From NCBI RefSeq assembly GCF_039654945.1, contig NW_027361722.1, positions 17,298,001-17,362,000 on the forward strand: DNA of 64,000 nucleotides, written 5' to 3'. Source of the DNA: Dendrobates tinctorius (taxonomy: Eukaryota). Both the position numbers and the translations under genes were made by a program. Under the pieces are notes generated by a model. The model searched no databases and had not been told where the DNA came from. It worked only from the letters and a program-made list of their open reading frames with translations. This document shows positions 59,697 through 64,000 of the stretch, piece by piece. Within the stretch, counting starts at the first letter, position 1, and each line of letters begins with the position of its first letter.

Positions 59697-62032
59697 ATGT
59701 CTTCAGAATCCGAATATTCCCCATCGCGGCAGGAATTGGCGCAAGCAGACCGTGAGGTGATTATTTTCGTGCATCTGGTAAGTATATCTGCTGCTACTCC
59801 AAATCTCTTACGTTTTTTTCAACTTTTTTAAGACATCATCATCATCTTCTGCGGACGGGACTAGTGAGGGCGAAGAGCAGGAGCAGCGAAGCCAAGTCCC
59901 GGTGGTGATACGGAATGTAAGTATCAAATGATTTGTAATGTTCTTTATTTTTTATCTTCTATTTTTACTCTTTTTTATGTTTCTTTTTTTTGTAACTTTT
60001 TATTCAATTTAAATTTGATTATTCTAATGAATGTGTTTTGTCTAGGTTCCACAACGGGATGAAGACGTCTACCTGGATAATGAGCAGCTCATCAGCCTGG
60101 TCCAGGAGCGTGCGCCGTTGTGGGACAGCCGTGACCGGCTGTACAAGGACAATGTGGTGACCCGGCGGCTATGGAATGAGGTGGCCGCAGCGTTGATGGA
60201 TGGCTGGGACAGCGCCACTGCATCCTCCAAAAAGGCGTTTAGTAAGTATTTCCCTGCTCTGTATTGTGCCGCAGTGACTGTTGTCCTTGACGGCACTGTT
60301 GGGTTTCGTGCTAGGTATATTCTAGCAGGAAACCCAACAGTGTCATCGGGCTCTACAGTGACTGCTTTGAGTATTGTATTGCTACATTGTGCCTCAGTGA
60401 CTGTTGTCCTTGACGGCACTGTTTTTTTTTCCCAACAGTGGACAAAGTCCGAACACGTTGGCGTTCGATCAAGGACCGCTTCAACAGTGATGTTCGTGCT
60501 GAGGGCCAGGTTCGCAGTGGATCAAGGACCAGAACTAGATACCGTCACTATCACGCGTTGCAATTCCTAAGACCGGTCCTTGCCACGAGATCGTAAGTAT
60601 TATAAATTTTGGGTTTTTATTTTTATTAATCTGTGTTTTTCTAATCCACAGCTGATGCTTCTTGTAAAGGCATGGTAGCAATGATTTTCCTTTCTTCCAC
60701 AGCACCTGGAGCAGCACCCTGCAACCTGGCCCTGGAGCGGTCCTTCCTCGGACGTCCTCTGACCCGTCCCAGCCATCCGACAGCCAGGAAGCACCTTGCA
60801 GGTCAGCCACACACACAGCTGGTGACCAGGAAGCTGGGCCATCAGGTGTTCCCCTGTCCCAGGTCTCTGCCACTGGTTATGCGGGCACTACCCGCCAGCG
60901 GCAGAGGGCCTTGGACAGGAATGTCTTGCCCGAGTTTATGCATTTGAGCGAGGCCTTTAATTCCAGCCTCAAGTCGCTGTCCGACAGAGTTGAAAGCGGT
61001 TTTGCACTTATGGAACGTGGTTTTAACCACTTTGAACACCGCTTCAATTCTGTAGAACAGCGCCTTGACCGTCTGGAGGCTGACCTCAACAGACCAGCAC
61101 ACCATTTTTTTAGTAAGATTGAAAAGGGCATGGCGGAACACCTTAGTCCTGAGCAACAGCTGAATGTGCTGCAGGCCTGCAACAATGCTTTCTTGCAGGC
61201 TATGCAGCATAATCGGTACGGTCAGCAGTCAGTGGTGTCATTTCCACCTGTGCCACCATTGACTCGCTTCACCTCACTACCGACTTGTGCTGCATACCAC
61301 TGCACGGACACCTCTATTCAAAGCCAGGACACCCACCGTTACACCACCACAAGTCTGAGTGCAGCTGGTCACTTCACCGACACCACCATGGCAAGCGCTG
61401 CTCCTGTCTGGAGCACCACCGCCACTCCCATGCATGCGTGGAGCTCAGCCACCACTAGGCAAACATGGAACAGCCCTGCCGCTACAACAACATGTAGTAG
61501 CCCTGCCACCACCACTCTGCAAACCTGGACCATCACTGCCGCCACCAGTCCTCCTGCAAGGACGAGCACTGCCAACCAAGAGCAGCAGCAGCAGCCACCC
61601 CAGCAGCAGCAGCAGCCACCTCAGCAGCAGCAGCCACCTCAGCAGCAGCAGCCATCTCAGCAGCAGCAGCCGCCACCTCAGCAGCAGCCGCCACCTCAGC
61701 AGCAGCAGCCACCTCAGCAGCAGCCACCCCAGCAAACGGGGGACCTACACTCAATATTTGCCCCAAGTTCAAGGCGAAATCAATCAAGGCGGGCATTGGG
61801 CCAAAGTCGGTCCAGGCACACAAGCCTACGGCGACATGCCATTACAACAAATGTACCTGAACAGATTTCCTCTCCTCCAAGTGTTCCTAGTTTAATTCCC
61901 TTAACTGGACTACCTTCCCCCACAAGTTTTGTTGCCCCTTCCCCTCAAACACCGTCTTCAACTGCAAGTGTTGCATATTCCCTGCACACCCCCAAATTGA
62001 AACCATCTGCCCCCAAACGCCGGAAAAAATAA
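59697..62032 (+). CDS. Harbinger Myb/SANT-like (MADF) DNA-binding protein, 5 coding exons, ~607 aa
   Basis: Exons 59697-59756, 59833-59916, 60046-60241, 60439-60592, 60703-62032 splice in frame (1824 nt). LISLVQERAPLWD..LWNEVA..VRTRWRSIKDRF..LQFL, coiled-coil-like segment, QP-rich tract, C-terminal PKRRKK; AATAAA 62059-62064. First donor is uncertain (alternative at 59778). Confidence 0.85.
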
Positions 62033-62155
62033 TTTTTTTGTTTATTTTTGTGATTAAAAATAAATTTACATTTGTGGTTCACCATTACAAAGTTTCATTA
62101 ATGTTGTTTGCGCCGCTCACACACACTGTTGGGTAAATACATGTTAAAAACCAAC

Positions 62156-62557
62156 CCAAGGCCTAGTATAGTCATATGTGAAATAACACGGACTAGTATA
62201 GTCATACCAAGGCCTAGTGTAATAACTCGAGTTTTACCAACTTGGATCTGGTTTCATGAAAAACAAACTGTTGAAACTTGTCTAAAAAATAAGTTTCTTT
62301 CTTAAAAAGTTTCACCAGTTTGTTTTTCGTGAAACAAGATGCTAGTTGGTAAAAATCGAGTTATTACAGTAGGCCTTGGTATGACTATACTAGGCCGTGA
62401 TATTTCACATATGACTATACTAGTAGGCCCAAGGCCTACTATACTCATATTTGAAATACCACGGCCTAGTATAGTCATACCAAGGCCTAGTGTAATAAAT
62501 CGAGTTTTACCAACTAGAATCTGGTTTCATGAAAAACAAACTGTTGAAACTTGTCTA
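62156..62557. repeat. Three ~125-bp units in forward-reverse-forward arrangement
   Basis: 62156-62284 (+), 62307-62423 (-), 62428-62557 (+). Confidence 0.9.
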
Positions 62558-62948
62558 TTTCTACACTACCACAATTTTAAATAAAAGTTGGAATGGAGCA
62601 GATTACATTCATCCACTCAATGCTGACTTGTATTCCCCATTGACTTTCATTGGGGTTGGGTTTTGAAAAAATCACATACTTTTTTTCAACTAGTTGGACA
62701 ATTTTCTCTTGAAAAAAATTGGTTTCCTGATTCATGGCCTGCAGCTTTGCTCGTTCCAATATATTTCACGCAGACTAGCAATGCTGCATTTTAACTCATA
62801 TGTGTATTTACCAGCCCAGGTGTGTGAACATCAAAAACTTCAGTTATACATGGGAAGTTTTTTATTTAATTGGAGTTTAAAAAATATAGTGCACTCAGTA
62901 ATGGTATCAAATAAGGTTTTTTATTGCCATAAACAAACAAAAACATTC

Positions 62949-63834
62949 TTACACCATTTCATCTTGCCAGTGCACCCGTCCTACATCAGAAATAAAGTAG
63001 GCCGCAAATTGGTCCCTCATTTGGCCAACTTCAACGGATGACCTGAGAGTGTGCTGAGTGAATTCAGGCAATGGGTTAGGAGCATCATCGTCCAGTTCAA
63101 AGGTCGGGTGCTCTTTAGCCATCACAAAGTTATGTAGAACCACACAGGCCTTCACCACCTCATCGACTGTTTCAAGTTTAAGATTAATGGCCGTGCCCAG
63201 AATTCGCCATCTGGAGACAAGAATCCCAAAAGCACACTCGACAGTTCTTCTGGCCCTGGTCAGCCTGTAATTAAATATTTTTTTGGTGTGGTCCAAGTCC
63301 CGGCTGGAGTAGGGTTTCAGTAAGTTTCCGCACATTTGAAAAGCCTCATCGCCAACCATTACAAAGGGCAGTGGCGGAGCTTCGGTGTGAGGAAGAGGCC
63401 GTGGCATAGGGAAATTAAATTGGTTGCCATACAACCTCCGGCCCATGTCTGAGTTTTTAAAAGCCTGTGAGTCATTACCACGGCCAAACGCTCCAATGTC
63501 CACTGCTACAAACATACATCCGGCATCCGCAATCGCAATGAGTACTATTGAAAAGTACTTTTTGTAATTATAGTACTCAGATCCTGTTCTTTTGGGTTTG
63601 ATGATCCGTATGTGTTTACCATCAACAGCTGCCAAACAGTTGGGGAAATTGCATACTGTCCAGAATTTGTCAGCAATTTCCATCCACTTTTCAGCGGTGG
63701 GCAGGGGCATAAATTCTGGACAAAGAACATTCCAGAGAGCCCGGCAGGTCTCCGCAACAATTCCAGACAAGGTAGAGATTCCAATACGGTACTGGAAGTG
63801 TAGTGAAGATAGGGTTTCTCCAGTTGCCAGGAAT
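62949..63834 (-). CDS. Harbinger/PIF DDE transposase (HARBI1-like family), last exon; 5' exon(s) outside the window
   Basis: Acceptor at 63835-63836, then FLATG..HFQYRIGISTLS..FPNCLAAVDGKHI..YYNYKKYFS..VGDEAF..FNYRLTRARRTVECAFGIL..LHNF; D-D-E intact; AATAAA on minus 62920-62925. Confidence 0.93.
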
Positions 63835-64000
63835 CTGTGAACAGAGAAAGAAGTTAAATTAATATTTATGTATATTATTTTAAAACACTATAAAATAAAA
63901 TATTAGTACATTCACGAAAACTAATTACCCAAGGTTTTGAATATTAAATTTTAAAAAAAAAGCAATCAGACCGCACCCCTTGGTTTTTAAATATTACGTA

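Larger units (their letters stand above)
58508..64000. mobile_element. PIF/Harbinger DNA transposon, apparently autonomous, right end outside the window
   Basis: TAA|GGCTGGTTTCACACT terminus, subterminal aaacgcatgcg motif arrays, convergent MADF gene and DDE transposase; continuity across gap 58918-59045 is assumed. Confidence 0.88.

Noticed and set aside
62949-63834. Domesticated host gene HARBI1
   Set aside because: Sits with a TIR, TAA target and partner MADF gene, as in a transposon; gene symbol not assigned

Overview
Vertebrate genomic DNA, most likely an anuran amphibian (inferred from the repeat families and gene content), repeat-rich, with three N gaps (35191-35318, 54531-54865, 58918-59045). 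Three host genes lie on the minus strand. Two are intact tandem six-exon aquaglyceroporin paralogs (10250-13706, 299 aa; 25822-28831, 305 aa; AQP3/7/9/10 class, best guess the amphibian AQP13/AQPxlo type). The third is gja8 (lens connexin 50, 51524-53299), whose C-terminal tail is expanded to give 591 aa by an Arg-x-x-Ser repeat array. The rest is transposon-derived. It includes a young but disabled Tf1/sushi-type chromovirus with a self-priming PBS (24-5154), nested in an older tRNA-Ser-primed LTR element; solo LTRs; a decayed cold-shock-domain ORF in an LTR-element remnant; Penelope-type hammerhead motifs; L2, CR1, SINE and Tc1 fragments; many MITEs; and satellites. At the right end is an apparently autonomous PIF/Harbinger transposon with a spliced MADF gene and a convergent DDE transposase that runs off the window. 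All coordinates were read by eye; no database searches were run.
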